A stretch of 32,000 bases of DNA from Methanopyrus kandleri AV19 (lineage in GTDB: Archaea; JAADCQ01; Methanopyri; Methanopyrales; Methanopyraceae): contig NC_003551.1 in the NCBI RefSeq assembly GCF_000007185.1, positions 600,001 through 632,000 of the forward strand, given 5' to 3'. The notes under the pieces were generated by a model. It was not told where the DNA came from, did no database searches, and saw only the letters and a list, made by a program, of their open reading frames with translations. The position numbers and the translations under genes are program-made. Of the stretch, positions 6,223-16,410 are shown in pieces (the stretch's first letter is position 1; each line of letters begins with the position of its first letter).

Positions 6223-8511
6223 TCACCGGAGTTCCAGGACCGCGGCCACGACCTGTCCCAGGGAAACGCCCCCGTCACCCGCGGGAACCTCATGGTGTTC
6301 CAGAAGGTCCGCCCCGTAGAGCTCCCGGAACCCTCGGGTGATCAGCTCGTTGTTGAACACCCCTCCCGTGATCGCGACGGGTTCCCCGTCCCGGTGCTCA
6401 TCTATCACCTCGGCGAACCCCTCGATCAGGGCGTGGTGTGCGGTGAGGGCGTACCGTAGGTCCCCGGTCTCCGCGGCCCGGGCCACGACGCTCGAGACGC
6501 GCACCGACCCGTTTCGGACGTCGACGTCCGGTTCGGGCGCGTGATCGACCCGAACCGCGACGGCCTCGAGCTTCATCGCGGGCTCTCCCTCGTAGGTCCG
6601 TTCGTGACAGACCCCCAGGGCCGCGCTGACGGCGTCGAGGAACCGACCGGCGCTCGTCGTCTCGATCGTCGGGTGCTCGATCTGGTGCAGGATCACCTCA
6701 ACCTCCCGCTCGCCGTGCTTTAGGGCGTGAGGCCACTCCTCGAGCCTCCGGAGCAGGAACTCGCGGATCTCTTCCTCCGACCACCCGGCCGCGTGTAGGT
6801 GCGCGGCCGTCATCCTGAGCGGTCGGTACGTGGCGGCGTCCCCACCGGGCATGGACACGGGTTCCAGGTGCCCTATCCGCTCGTACTCGTTCCCGTCTAC
6901 GTACAGGATCTCACCGCCCCAGGCGCTTCCGTCGTCACCGTACCCGTACCCGTCCATCGCGGCGGCGATCGCGGGTTCCTCGGCCGGGTCGAGCCCGTGC
7001 TCGGCGAGGCACGCGAGGGCGTGTGCGTGGTGATGCTGTACGCGGACTAGTTCCAGGTCGTGCTCCTCGGCCCATCGCCTGGCGAGTCCCGTGGTGGCGA
7101 ACGATGGGTGCAGGTCGCAGGCCACCGCGTCGACGTCGTTCCAGTCCAATCGGAGCAGTCGCAGGAACCGCTCGACAGTCTCCTGGAGGAAATCGAGGGT
7201 CTGAGCCCTGGACGTGTTCCCGATGTGCTGTGTGGGATACGCCTTCCCGCGGTGCAGCACGCAGGCGGTCACGTCGAGCTCGGGTCCGACGGCCACGACG
7301 GTGAGGTCATCAGGCGCCCACTCGAGCTCGATCGGCTCGGGGACGTAGCCACGGGAGCGTCGCAGCGATCGTGGTCTCCCGTCGAGGACGCGCACTACGG
7401 AGTCGTCGCATCGGGCGGCGATACGTCGATCGTGGACTAAGTAGTAATCCGCGATCCCACGGAGGTGCCTCAGGGCGTCGGAGTTGCGGATCGCCATGGG
7501 TTCGCCCGGCGGGTTGGCGGAGGTCATGACGATCGCCGGCTCGTCCAGGAACCGCTCGAACATGATGTGGTGTAAACCCGTGTAGGGGAGCATGACACCG
7601 ACGGTGTGCAGACCTGGGGCCACCAGCTCGGAGAGGGGGAAGGGTTCCTTCTTGGGTAGGACGACGATGGGCCGGACCGGTCCGGTCAGGAGGTCCTCCG
7701 CGGTTCCGTCCACCTCGGCGAAGGTGCGGACGTCGTCGAGGGATCCGGACATGACGGCGAATGGCTGCTGAGGGCGGCCCAACCGCTCGCGTAGCTTGGC
7801 GACGGGCTCGTCTTCGGTGGTCTTGCAGGCGAGGTGGAACCCGCCGATCCCCTTGATAGCGACTATCTTCCCCTCTTCGATGAGCTCGCAAGCCTCGCGG
7901 ATAGCCTCGAGCTCCTCTCCCTCGACGACCTCGCCGTCCGCGTCGAGAAGCCGGTATCTAGGACCACAGCGGGGACAGCAGACCACCTGAGCGTGGTAAC
8001 GTCGGTCCTCCGGGTCCTCGAACTCGCGGCGGCACTCCTCGCAGAGCGGGAAGTCCACCATCGTCGTGTTCTCGCGGTCGTACGGGATTCCCTCGATGAT
8101 CGTGAACCGTGGGCCGCAGTTGGTGCACCCGGTGAACGGGTAGAGGTACCTGCGGCTTTTCGGGTCGAAAATCTCCTCCAGGCACTCCTCGCACACCGGC
8201 GCGTCCGGGGGGATCTGCAGCTCGACGTCCTCGGATTCTTCGCTCTCGACGATCCGGAAGCCTGGGCCTACGTCCTCCTCCGTTTCCTCCGCGTGTACTT
8301 CGCGTACCCGGGCGAGCGGTGGGTGCTCCTCCTTCAGCCTGCGGATCAGTTCCTCGAGTTCGTCGCACGTCGCCTTGACTACGATCTCCACCTCGGATCC
8401 CAAGTTGCGCACGTGGCCGTCGAGCTCCATCTCCGTGCAGAGACGGTACACGAAGGGGCGGAAGCCGACGCCCTGAACGATCCCGCGAACTCGGATCTTC
8501 CAGGTTCTCAT
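6223..8511 (-). CDS. hypF: [NiFe]-hydrogenase maturation carbamoyltransferase HypF
   Basis: Acylphosphatase-like N-terminus (KIRVRGIVQGVGFRPFVYRL). Two zinc-finger pairs: CEECLEEI...CTNCGPRFT and CEECRREF...CPRCGPRY. These are followed by YrdC-like and Kae1-like domains. The start was moved to ATG 8511 (M72 of the tracked ORF), which overlaps the upstream stop as ATGA. Confidence 0.92.
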   Translation of the reverse strand: MRTWKIRVRGIVQGVGFRPFVYRLCTEMELDGHVRNLGSEVEIVVKATCDELEELIRRLKEEHPPLARVREVHAEETEEDVGPGFRIVESEESEDVELQIPPDAPVCEECLEEIFDPKSRRYLYPFTGCTNCGPRFTIIEGIPYDRENTTMVDFPLCEECRREFEDPEDRRYHAQVVCCPRCGPRYRLLDADGEVVEGEELEAIREACELIEEGKIVAIKGIGGFHLACKTTEDEPVAKLRERLGRPQQPFAVMSGSLDDVRTFAEVDGTAEDLLTGPVRPIVVLPKKEPFPLSELVAPGLHTVGVMLPYTGLHHIMFERFLDEPAIVMTSANPPGEPMAIRNSDALRHLRGIADYYLVHDRRIAARCDDSVVRVLDGRPRSLRRSRGYVPEPIELEWAPDDLTVVAVGPELDVTACVLHRGKAYPTQHIGNTSRAQTLDFLQETVERFLRLLRLDWNDVDAVACDLHPSFATTGLARRWAEEHDLELVRVQHHHAHALACLAEHGLDPAEEPAIAAAMDGYGYGDDGSAWGGEILYVDGNEYERIGHLEPVSMPGGDAATYRPLRMTAAHLHAAGWSEEEIREFLLRRLEEWPHALKHGEREVEVILHQIEHPTIETTSAGRFLDAVSAALGVCHERTYEGEPAMKLEAVAVRVDHAPEPDVDVRNGSVRVSSVVARAAETGDLRYALTAHHALIEGFAEVIDEHRDGEPVAITGGVFNNELITRGFRELYGADLLEHHEVPAGDGGVSLGQVVAAVLELR

Positions 8512-9632
8512 AGCCCGAACCGCTCTCCTTCCCAGTCCTGCTCCGGGAAGTGCTCGTAGAGAACCTCCGCCGCGACTCCGGTCGAGACCCCAGCCCTGGC
8601 CGCCAGGTGAACCGTCGAGAGCTCCTCGGCGTGTACGGCCAGGACCACGGGGAGCTCGGCCTCGGCCCGATCGGTGTCGGAAGCGGCGTCCACGAGGAGG
8701 CTGATGTCGACCTCGTCCTTCCACTTCATCTTCCGGTTCACGACGCTCCGCTTGGCCAGCTTCTCGGCCACGGAGCCACCGTTCGGGTGCTTGCTGAGGA
8801 TCGCCCAGAAGCCACGCTTCAACACTATCTCCGCGAGCACCTCCTCGTCGTCCAACGCCCGCTCGCCCAGCTCGGTCGGCTCACAGATCTCGTGATCGGG
8901 ATGCACCAACAGGTACCGGACCAGCGTCTTGTAGTAGCGTAGGAACGTGTTCTCCGAGACGTCCAGCTCGGACATCACGAGCTCCGGGTCTCGCAACTCA
9001 TCCACGAGCTCCAACGTGCGCATCAGCGAGGGCGGGGACAACGGGTTCGTCACGTAGGGCTCGAGGGAGAGCCTCACGCGCCACTGATGGGACGGGAGCA
9101 GCCTCGCGTACGCGAACGCGTGGACGGAGTTCTCCACGAACTCGGCGTAGTCTCGCGGCGTGGTGTTCAGGGTGTAGCCGACCGTACGACCCAGCAGGTG
9201 ATTAGAGATCGCCCCGTCCGTGGCTCGGAGGTACGACATGTCCGGACCGGGTTGGCGCCGCACCTCACCTTCACCTACTAGGTACTCGTCCAGTTTCTTC
9301 AGGGCTTCGTCGAACGAGCCCACACCGTTCACGACCAGCTCGGCGGGTTCCACGGTGTGTTCTCCCAGGATCTCGTCCAGCAAGCTGGCCTCCCGCAGGG
9401 CGGCCATGGTGAGCATCGCACCTTCCCGCGGGTTCTTCAGACCCGAAAGCACCTCCCGCGCCTTCTCGTACTTGTCGTGCACCAGTAGCGCGGCCGCCGT
9501 CGAGATGATGTACTCGTAATCGTTCGTGAGGCCCGCCTGCCGAATGATTCTGGCGAGTCGCTGGTACAGCGCCTTTACTTCCTTCAGATCCGCCCGCACC
9601 TCCATAAGCATCGCTACTGCGTCGTGGTCCAA
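8508..9632 (-). CDS. uncharacterised 374-aa protein sandwiched between mmp10 and hypF
   Basis: The TTG start lies 3 nt after the mmp10 stop, and the stop overlaps the hypF ATG. Composition is protein-like (MDHDAVAMLMEVRADLKEVKALYQRLARIIRQAGL...MSELDVSENTFLRYYKTLVRYLLVHPDHE...). No motif I can assign. Confidence 0.7.
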   Translation of the reverse strand: MDHDAVAMLMEVRADLKEVKALYQRLARIIRQAGLTNDYEYIISTAAALLVHDKYEKAREVLSGLKNPREGAMLTMAALREASLLDEILGEHTVEPAELVVNGVGSFDEALKKLDEYLVGEGEVRRQPGPDMSYLRATDGAISNHLLGRTVGYTLNTTPRDYAEFVENSVHAFAYARLLPSHQWRVRLSLEPYVTNPLSPPSLMRTLELVDELRDPELVMSELDVSENTFLRYYKTLVRYLLVHPDHEICEPTELGERALDDEEVLAEIVLKRGFWAILSKHPNGGSVAEKLAKRSVVNRKMKWKDEVDISLLVDAASDTDRAEAELPVVLAVHAEELSTVHLAARAGVSTGVAAEVLYEHFPEQDWEGERFGL

Positions 9633-9635
9633 GTT

Positions 9636-10853
9636 TCACTCCCCCAGAATGTTGACCGTGTTGATGAGATCGCGGAACGCGTTCAACTCGAACTCCAACA
9701 CCTCTTCCCTATCCACCTCACAGCTCGCCTCACCGTCGAGCGTGAGACGGTCGGGACCCCGCAGCACGACTCTCTCGAAACCGTCACGTTTTAACAATTC
9801 CTCCGCCCGTGCATCGTGAACGAGCGCCCTTCCGGGGAGTACCACGGTTCGCTTCAACGAGGAGACGTCCAACCGTTCCAGGTCCCTCTCCGTGATCAGG
9901 CACGCCACGTCCTTCTCGACCGGGACCACGTCCACTTTTTCCCCACCCTCCACGTGTCGGAACACCTCGCGGATCAGAGGGGCTGCGACCCTCCCGGTGA
10001 TCAGCGAACACTCGACCTCGACCGGTGGGAGCAGCTCCCGGAGCTCCTCCCCCAGCGTCCTGAGCGCGAACGGGGCGCTCGTTTCGGGATCCCACAACGG
10101 CGTCCCCGTGACCCGGAACGGGAACTCCTCGTGCACTTCCGTTACGATCCGCTTGAACTCGTCCAAGGAGTGCGGTTTCACGTCCAGTACGAGAGAGTTT
10201 CCTAGGATGATTCCGTGTTCCTCCCGCGTCCCCAACCGCATCAGGAGGAGCGCGTCGATCCCGAGCTCTTCCAGTCGCTCGCACGTCTTCCACAGGACGT
10301 CTCCGTCGTTCACACCCGGGATCAGGACGGCCGCCACCATCACCTCCTCGCACCGATCCGCGAACACCTCCAAGCACGCGAGCGAGGCCTCGGGAGACCG
10401 ATCACCCATCCATTCCCGCCGGAGCTCCGGATCCCACGCGAACACGGTGTACGAGACGGACCGCACCCCGAGATCGCACAGCTCTTCGACTTCCTCCGGG
10501 TCCTCGAACCCCTTCCCGCTCGTGTACCCGAGCTGGACGCTCCGAATCCCGAGGTCCCTCAGGCTCGCCACGAGCTCCCGCAGCCACGGGTAGTTGCTAA
10601 TGTCTCCACCGCCGCTCACGGTCGCCTCCCGTTCCCGGCGGAACCCAAGGGACATCCCCACCTCCTGTAGCACGACCCCGGGCGGGCGGAAGGGCCCGTT
10701 GTCTTCCCACACGCTCCGACCACAGTAGTCACAGCCGGGGGATCCGGGTGGACAGTTCTTGCAACCGAAAGGGCGTTTTTCTTCCCAGTCCACCCCACGG
10801 AAGTAACAGTACCGGCAGAACCCACCGCAGTCCACTCCCGGTCGTCCACCCAC
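9636..10853 (-). CDS. mmp10: methanogenesis marker protein 10 (Mmp10), cobalamin-dependent radical SAM McrA arginine C-methyltransferase
   Basis: GTG start. PGVDCGGFCRYCYF radical-SAM cluster motif plus a second Cys block GCKNCPPGSPGCDYCGRSV. Further family blocks are VSGGGD, LGYTSGKGF, SYTVFAWDPELRREWM, LIPGVNDG, GTPLWDP, ITGRVAAP, LPGRALVHD and RGPDRLTLDGE, all colinear with Mmp10 as I remember it. The gene is divergent from mcrB, as is typical. Confidence 0.88.
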   Translation of the reverse strand: MGGRPGVDCGGFCRYCYFRGVDWEEKRPFGCKNCPPGSPGCDYCGRSVWEDNGPFRPPGVVLQEVGMSLGFRREREATVSGGGDISNYPWLRELVASLRDLGIRSVQLGYTSGKGFEDPEEVEELCDLGVRSVSYTVFAWDPELRREWMGDRSPEASLACLEVFADRCEEVMVAAVLIPGVNDGDVLWKTCERLEELGIDALLLMRLGTREEHGIILGNSLVLDVKPHSLDEFKRIVTEVHEEFPFRVTGTPLWDPETSAPFALRTLGEELRELLPPVEVECSLITGRVAAPLIREVFRHVEGGEKVDVVPVEKDVACLITERDLERLDVSSLKRTVVLPGRALVHDARAEELLKRDGFERVVLRGPDRLTLDGEASCEVDREEVLEFELNAFRDLINTVNILGE

Positions 10854-10986
10854 GTCCGCGAGGACGGGCGAGGTCTCACCCCCGATCGTGACCGCCCTAC
10901 CGGCGGGTTAATTAGGTGGCCCCCGGGTACGCGCCCTGCGCTCCCACTTGATAACACGGTCGGCGGTCCGGTGAATAAGGAAACCC

Positions 10987-10992
10987 TTTAAA
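10987..10992 (+). promoter_or_regulatory. TATA-like box of the mcr operon (CCCTTTAAA)
   Basis: GGAAACCCTTTAAAGC lies about 35 nt upstream of ATG 11026, with a GGGGGG Shine-Dalgarno-like run at ~11013-11018. Confidence 0.5.
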
Positions 10993-11025
10993 GCTGCAGC
11001 CCTGCGAAGTTAGGGGGGCCCGCTT

Positions 11026-12360
11026 ATGGCACGCGAGGCCAAGGACACGGTCGATTTGTACGACGATCGCGGTAACTGTGTGGCGGAAGAAGTTCCCATC
11101 GAGGTGCTCTCTCCGATGCGCAACGAGGCCATTCAGAGTATCGTGAACGACATCAAGCGTACCGTCGCGATCGACCTCGAGGGTATCGAGAACGCCCTGC
11201 AGAACGCGACCGTCGGCGGTAAGGGGATGAAGATCCCGGGCCGCGAGATGGACGTCGACATCGTGGACAACGCCGAGGCGATCGCGGACGAGATCGAGAA
11301 GATGATCCGCGTGTACGAGGACGACGACACGAACGTGGAGCCCATGTACGACGGTAAGCGTCTCCTTGTGCAGCTCCCGTCCGAGCGTGTGAAGGTCATG
11401 GCCGACCCGTACTCCGGTACCCTGCAGGCCGGTATGGCGGTCGTGCACGCGATCATCGACGTCTGCGAGGTCGACATGTGGGACGCTAACATGGTCAAGG
11501 CGGCCGTCTTCGGTCGCTACCCGCAGACGATCGACTACTTCGGCGGTAACGTCGCCTCGATGCTGGACGTGCCGATGAAGCAGGAGGGTGTCGGCTACGC
11601 CCTGCGTAACATCATGGTGAACCACATCGTGGCCGCGACCAGGAAGAACACCATGCAGGCCGTGTGTCTGGCCGCGACCCTCGAGCAGACCGCGATGTTC
11701 GAGATGGGTGACGCTCTCGGTCCGTTCGAGCGCCTGCACCTGCTGGGTTACGCTTACCAGGGTCTGAACGCGGACAACATGGTGTACGACATCGTGAAGA
11801 AGCACGGTAAGGAGGGTACCGTGGGTACCGTCGTCCGCGAGGTCGTCGAGCGCGCCCTCGAGGACGGCGTGATCGAGGTCAAGGAGGAGCTCCCGTCCGG
11901 CTTCAAGGTGTACAAGGCCAACGACATGGACCTCTGGAACGCCTACGCCGCCGCCGGACTCGTGGCCGCGGTCATGGTCAACCAGGGTGCCGCCCGAGCG
12001 GCTCAGGGTGTCAGCGCGACGATCTTGTACTACAACGACCTGCTCGAGTACGAGACCGGACTACCCGGTGTCGACTTCGGACGAGCCGAGGGTACCGCGG
12101 TCGGATTCAGCTTCTTCAGCCACTCGATCTACGGCGGAGGTGGTCCGGGTATCTTCCACGGTAACCACATCGTGACCAGGCACTCCAAGGGCTTCGCGAT
12201 TCCGCCCGTGGCGGCGGCGATGGCCCTGGACGCCGGTACCCAGATGTTCAGCCCGGAGGTCACCAGCAAGCTGATCGGTGACGTGTTCGGTGAGATCGAC
12301 GAGTTCCGGGAGCCGATGAAGTACATCACAGAGGCCGCCGCCGAGGAGGCAAAGCGTTAA
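11026..12360 (+). CDS. mcrB: methyl-coenzyme M reductase subunit beta
   Basis: 444 aa: [17 protein letters not shown]...[13 protein letters not shown]...[25 protein letters not shown]. Position and sequence are typical of McrB. Confidence 0.97.
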   Translation: MAREAKDTVDLYDDRGNCVAEEVPIEVLSPMRNEAIQSIVNDIKRTVAIDLEGIENALQNATVGGKGMKIPGREMDVDIVDNAEAIADEIEKMIRVYEDDDTNVEPMYDGKRLLVQLPSERVKVMADPYSGTLQAGMAVVHAIIDVCEVDMWDANMVKAAVFGRYPQTIDYFGGNVASMLDVPMKQEGVGYALRNIMVNHIVAATRKNTMQAVCLAATLEQTAMFEMGDALGPFERLHLLGYAYQGLNADNMVYDIVKKHGKEGTVGTVVREVVERALEDGVIEVKEELPSGFKVYKANDMDLWNAYAAAGLVAAVMVNQGAARAAQGVSATILYYNDLLEYETGLPGVDFGRAEGTAVGFSFFSHSIYGGGGPGIFHGNHIVTRHSKGFAIPPVAAAMALDAGTQMFSPEVTSKLIGDVFGEIDEFREPMKYITEAAAEEAKR

Positions 12361-12439
12361 ACTCCCCTCTCCCCCCGGAAGAACGCCCTCCCGCACCCGT
12401 GGTATCGTTTCGTAACCCATAACGAAAGGGGGCGCGACC

Positions 12440-12991
12440 TTGCCGGAGGAGAAACTCGAGCGGCCCCGCATGTTGGAGCGCAAGATCCCCGAAGGAGCCA
12501 AGCCCGAGGTGCAGATCTTCCCGCAGCGCCTCCTCAGCGCGGACACCACGGAGAAGCTCCTGAACGAGCTGCTGGAGAGGGTTGAAGGTATCGGTCGTAT
12601 CGTGATCCACGGTCCGGGGCTCCCCAAGGCAGTCCCCTTCGGACCCGCCCGCGGTAAGCCGGTCAAGCACCCGGAAAGACGCCCGATCGAAGTCCACGGT
12701 GAGAAGATCCCCATGAAGGTCCAGACGGGCCAGATCATCGTCGAGATCGAGGACGAAGACCGACTCGACGATATCGTCGAGGAGATCGAGAAGATCTGCC
12801 GTGAGATCCTGCCCTGCGACTTCGAGGTTCAGGTGGGAAGGTTCACCCGACACAAACCCACCGTCACCGACTACCTGAAGTTCGGCGAGGAGGGCGTTAA
12901 GAAGCTCGACAAGCGTCTCCTGGGACTCGTCGAGCCCCGAGCCCGGCTAGCCGACAGGGTCTCCGTCCTCAAGAAGAAGGGGGAGGACTAA
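12440..12991 (+). CDS. mcrD: methyl-coenzyme M reductase operon protein D
   Basis: 183 aa with a TTG start after [31 protein letters not shown]...[14 protein letters not shown]...[20 protein letters not shown]. Sits at the BDCGA position. Confidence 0.93.
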   Translation: MPEEKLERPRMLERKIPEGAKPEVQIFPQRLLSADTTEKLLNELLERVEGIGRIVIHGPGLPKAVPFGPARGKPVKHPERRPIEVHGEKIPMKVQTGQIIVEIEDEDRLDDIVEEIEKICREILPCDFEVQVGRFTRHKPTVTDYLKFGEEGVKKLDKRLLGLVEPRARLADRVSVLKKKGED

Positions 12992-12999
12992 CCTCGCGA

Positions 13000-13608
13000 G
13001 TGGGCCGCGAGACCTACGCCGTCGACTGCCGAGCCGCCATGGGGATGGGTAAAGGCGGTAGTCTGGCGCAACGGGGCACCATCGCCGAGACCGAGATTAC
13101 CGAGGTCGTCGCCGTCGCGATGTCGCCCGGTTCCCGCCATATCACCAAACCCGTGTGCGAGATCACCTACGCCCTCCGAGAGGCCGGGATCCACACGAGC
13201 GTCCTGGTACTCAACGCCGGATCCGGCGTCCCGGCCGAAGCCCCCGTTCAGACGGGAGCCACGATGGGGATAGAGCCCGAGGAGATCGAGCGCATCAACC
13301 GGCACGAGGTCGCCGTGATCCACCTCGGTAACGTCAAACAGCACATCGTGTGGAAGGCCCGGCTTATCCTCAAACACTGCGACGTCCCTGCGGTTATAGT
13401 GTGTCAGACCCCCGTGGACTTCGAGGATTTCGCCGAGGTAGGTTGCCGTACCCGCATCGTGGAACCACCGGAGCCCGAAACGGTAGGAGAGGTAGTCGAG
13501 ATCGTCACCGGTGTGATCCGCGGAGAGACCGTCCCCTCGGACAAGATCAACGAAATCGTCCGCAAGGTCAGACGCGCCTTACGTTACGCCCGTCGGAGGT
13601 CTCGGTGA
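13000..13608 (+). CDS. mcrC: methyl-coenzyme M reductase operon protein C
   Basis: 202 aa with a GTG start. [19 protein letters not shown]...[24 protein letters not shown]...[15 protein letters not shown]. Confidence 0.93.
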   Translation: MGRETYAVDCRAAMGMGKGGSLAQRGTIAETEITEVVAVAMSPGSRHITKPVCEITYALREAGIHTSVLVLNAGSGVPAEAPVQTGATMGIEPEEIERINRHEVAVIHLGNVKQHIVWKARLILKHCDVPAVIVCQTPVDFEDFAEVGCRTRIVEPPEPETVGEVVEIVTGVIRGETVPSDKINEIVRKVRRALRYARRRSR

Positions 13609-13690
13609 TCTATTACTTCTCACGGTTATCGTGTTACTGCGTCCTCTTCTGAGCACCGTTCGTGGGTAATCCGGCTTCGGTCGAAATCCC

Positions 13691-13697
13691 TTTAAAA
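13691..13697 (+). promoter_or_regulatory. second CCCTTTAAA(A) TATA-like box, in the 123-nt mcrC-mcrG spacer
   Basis: AAATCCCTTTAAAATG lies about 35 nt upstream of ATG 13732, with CAGGGGGCTG just before the start. It has the same CCCTTTAAA core as the box upstream of mcrB. Confidence 0.4.
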
Positions 13698-13731
13698 TGA
13701 CCCGCCCCTCACACTTCAGGGGGCTGACCTT

Positions 13732-14523
13732 ATGGGTCTGAAGGAGGAGATGGCCGAAAAGGCTCAGTTCTACCCAGGTGAGACCGACGTGGCCGAGAAC
13801 CGTCGCAAGTACATGAACCCGAATTACGAGCTGAAGAAGCTCCGTGAGATCCCAGACGAAGACATCGTCCGGCTGATGGGTCACCGCGAGCCAGGTGAGG
13901 AGTACCCGAGCGTGCACCCGCCGCTGGAGGAGATGGAAGAGCCCGAGTGTCCGATCCGCGAGCTCGTCGAGCCGACGGAGGGCGCCAAGGCCGGCGACCG
14001 AATCCGCTACATCCAGTTCACGGACTCCGTGTACTTCGCGCCGATCCATCCGTACATCCGCGCCCGTATGTACATGTGGCGATACCGCGGGGTCGACACC
14101 GGATCCCTGTCCGGTCGACAGATTATCGAGGTCCGTGAGCGCGACCTCGAGAAGATCGCCAAGGAGCTCCTCGAGACCGAGATCTTCGACCCGGCTAGGT
14201 CCGGTGTCCGAGGAGCGACCGTGCACGGACACGCCCTCCGACTGGACGAGAACGGCCTCATGTTCGACGCTCTGCGTCGTTACCGCCTGAACGAGGAGAC
14301 GGGCGAGGTTGAGTACGTCAAGGACCAGGTCGGTATCGAGCTCGACGAGCCGATCCCCGTAGGTGCGCCGGCCGACGAGGACGACCTGAAGGAGCGCACG
14401 ACGATCTACCGCATCGACGGTACCCCGTACAGGGAAGACGAAGAACTCCTACAAGTCGTCCAGCGGATCCACGAGCTACGTACCCTAGCCGGTTACCGGC
14501 CCGAAGAGGCTGAGGGTAAGTAA
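13732..14523 (+). CDS. mcrG: methyl-coenzyme M reductase subunit gamma
   Basis: 263 aa: [20 protein letters not shown]...[43 protein letters not shown]...[15 protein letters not shown]. Confidence 0.97.
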   Translation: MGLKEEMAEKAQFYPGETDVAENRRKYMNPNYELKKLREIPDEDIVRLMGHREPGEEYPSVHPPLEEMEEPECPIRELVEPTEGAKAGDRIRYIQFTDSVYFAPIHPYIRARMYMWRYRGVDTGSLSGRQIIEVRERDLEKIAKELLETEIFDPARSGVRGATVHGHALRLDENGLMFDALRRYRLNEETGEVEYVKDQVGIELDEPIPVGAPADEDDLKERTTIYRIDGTPYREDEELLQVVQRIHELRTLAGYRPEEAEGK

Positions 14524-14619
14524 CTCCCCCTCACACATGCTCATACGAAACAATCTCGGAGTATTTTGGAAACGCTTATAACGCTCTCGACCTATCGCCC
14601 CATGGGGGAGAGGATCACG

Positions 14620-16281
14620 ATGTCCTCGGCTGAGGAGAAGCTCTTCATGAAGGCGCTCAAGGAGAAGTTCGAGGAGAGCCCCGAGGAGAAGTACACCAAG
14701 TTCTACATCTTCGGTGGTTGGAAGCAGTCCGAGCGTAAGAAGGAGTTCAAGGAGTGGGCTGACAAGATCGTCGAGGAGCGTGGAGTCCCGCACTACAACC
14801 CGGACATCGGTGTTCCACTCGGCCAGCGTAAGCTCATGTCCTACCAGGTCTCCGGTACGGACGTGTTCGTCGAGGGTGACGACCTGCACTTCGTGAACAA
14901 CGCCGCGATGCAGCAGATGTGGGACGACATCCGCCGCACCGTCATCGTCGGAATGGACACCGCCCACCGCGTGCTGGAGCGCCGACTGGGTAAGGAGGTC
15001 ACCCCGGAGACCATCAACGAGTACATGGAGACCCTGAACCACGCGCTACCGGGTGGTGCGGTCGTCCAGGAGCACATGGTGGAGATCCACCCGGGTCTGA
15101 CCTGGGACTGTTACGCCAAGATCATTACCGGTGACCTCGAGCTCGCCGACGAGATCGACGACAAGTTCCTGATCGACATCGAGAAGCTGTTCCCGGAGGA
15201 GCAGGCCGAGCAGCTGATCAAGGCGATCGGCAACAGGACGTACCAGGTCTGCCGCATGCCGACGATCGTGGGCCACGTCTGTGACGGAGCGACCATGTAC
15301 CGATGGGCCGCGATGCAGATCGCGATGTCGTTCATCTGCGCGTACAAGATCGCGGCCGGAGAGGCGGCCGTGTCGGACTTCGCGTTCGCGAGCAAGCACG
15401 CCGAGGTAATCAACATGGGTGAGATGCTGCCGGCGCGGCGAGCCCGAGGTGAGAACGAGCCCGGTGGCGTCCCGTTCGGCGTACTGGCAGACTGCGTGCA
15501 GACGATGAGGAAGTACCCGGACGACCCGGCCAAGGTCGCGCTGGAGGTGATCGCCGCCGGAGCGATGCTCTACGACCAGATCTGGCTAGGATCCTACATG
15601 TCAGGAGGTGTCGGTTTCACGCAGTACGCGACGGCCGTGTACACTGATAACATCCTGGACGACTACGTGTACTACGGTCTCGAGTACGTCGAGGACAAGT
15701 ACGGAATCGCCGAGGCCGAGCCGAGCATGGACGTGGTGAAGGACGTCGCGACCGAGGTCACCCTGTACGGTCTGGAGCAGTACGAGCGGTACCCGGCCGC
15801 CATGGAGACGCACTTCGGAGGTTCACAGCGAGCCGCCGTCTGTGCGGCCGCCGCGGGCTGCAGTACCGCCTTCGCGACCGGTCACGCGCAGGCAGGACTC
15901 AACGGTTGGTACCTGTCGCAGATCCTGCACAAGGAGGGTCACGGTCGTCTAGGATTCTACGGGTACGCCCTACAGGACCAGTGTGGTGCGGCCAACTCGC
16001 TGAGCGTGAGGAGCGACGAGGGACTGCCGCTCGAGCTGCGTGGTCCGAACTACCCGAACTACGCGATGAACGTGGGTCACCTGGGCGAGTACGCGGGTAT
16101 CGTGCAGGCGGCGCACGCGGCGCGAGGCGACGCGTTCTGTGTGCACCCGGTGATCAAGGTGGCGTTCGCCGACGAGAACCTGGTCTTCGACTTCACGGAG
16201 CCGAGGAAGGAGTTCGCAAAGGGCGCGTTGCGAGAGTTCGAGCCCGCGGGCGAGCGAGACCTCATCGTGCCCGCGGAGTAA
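14620..16281 (+). CDS. mcrA: methyl-coenzyme M reductase subunit alpha
   Basis: ATG 14620 (M19 of tracked ORF 14566..16281) follows [28 protein letters not shown]...[24 protein letters not shown]...[17 protein letters not shown]...; 553 aa. Confidence 0.96.
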
Positions 16282-16312
16282 CGCCTCCACGCCCCGCCTT
16301 ATTTCACAACAC

Positions 16313-16319
16313 TTTTAAA
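16313..16319 (+). promoter_or_regulatory. TATA-like box (TTTTAAA) in the 129-nt mcrA-mtrE spacer, followed by a palindrome
   Basis: ACACTTTTAAACC is followed at once by GAAGTTC-GG-GAACTTC (16322-16337). TTG 16411 is preceded by TAGGGGGTACGCCC. Confidence 0.4.
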
Positions 16320-16410
16320 CCGAAGTTCGGGAACTTCCGCGAAATCGTTTCAACACCCTTAACGTGAGTTCACTTTCGTAGCTCTCAACTCGAGTTTAGG
16401 GGGTACGCCC

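Noticed and set aside
10912-11805. 297-aa minus-strand ORF antisense to mcrB, and similar long antisense or off-frame ORFs across mcr/mtr (e.g. 12061..12738, 13579..14232, 14485..15042, 17201..18001, 18093..18704)
   Set aside because: All lie opposite or out of frame to unmistakable Mcr/Mtr coding sequence and have His/Arg/Val/Gly-biased junk composition.
14566-14619. Upstream in-frame extension of mcrA ([18 protein letters not shown])
   Set aside because: The strong Shine-Dalgarno sequence (GGGGGAGAGGA) sits inside this extension, directly before ATG 14620, and McrA homologues begin near MSSAEEKLF.
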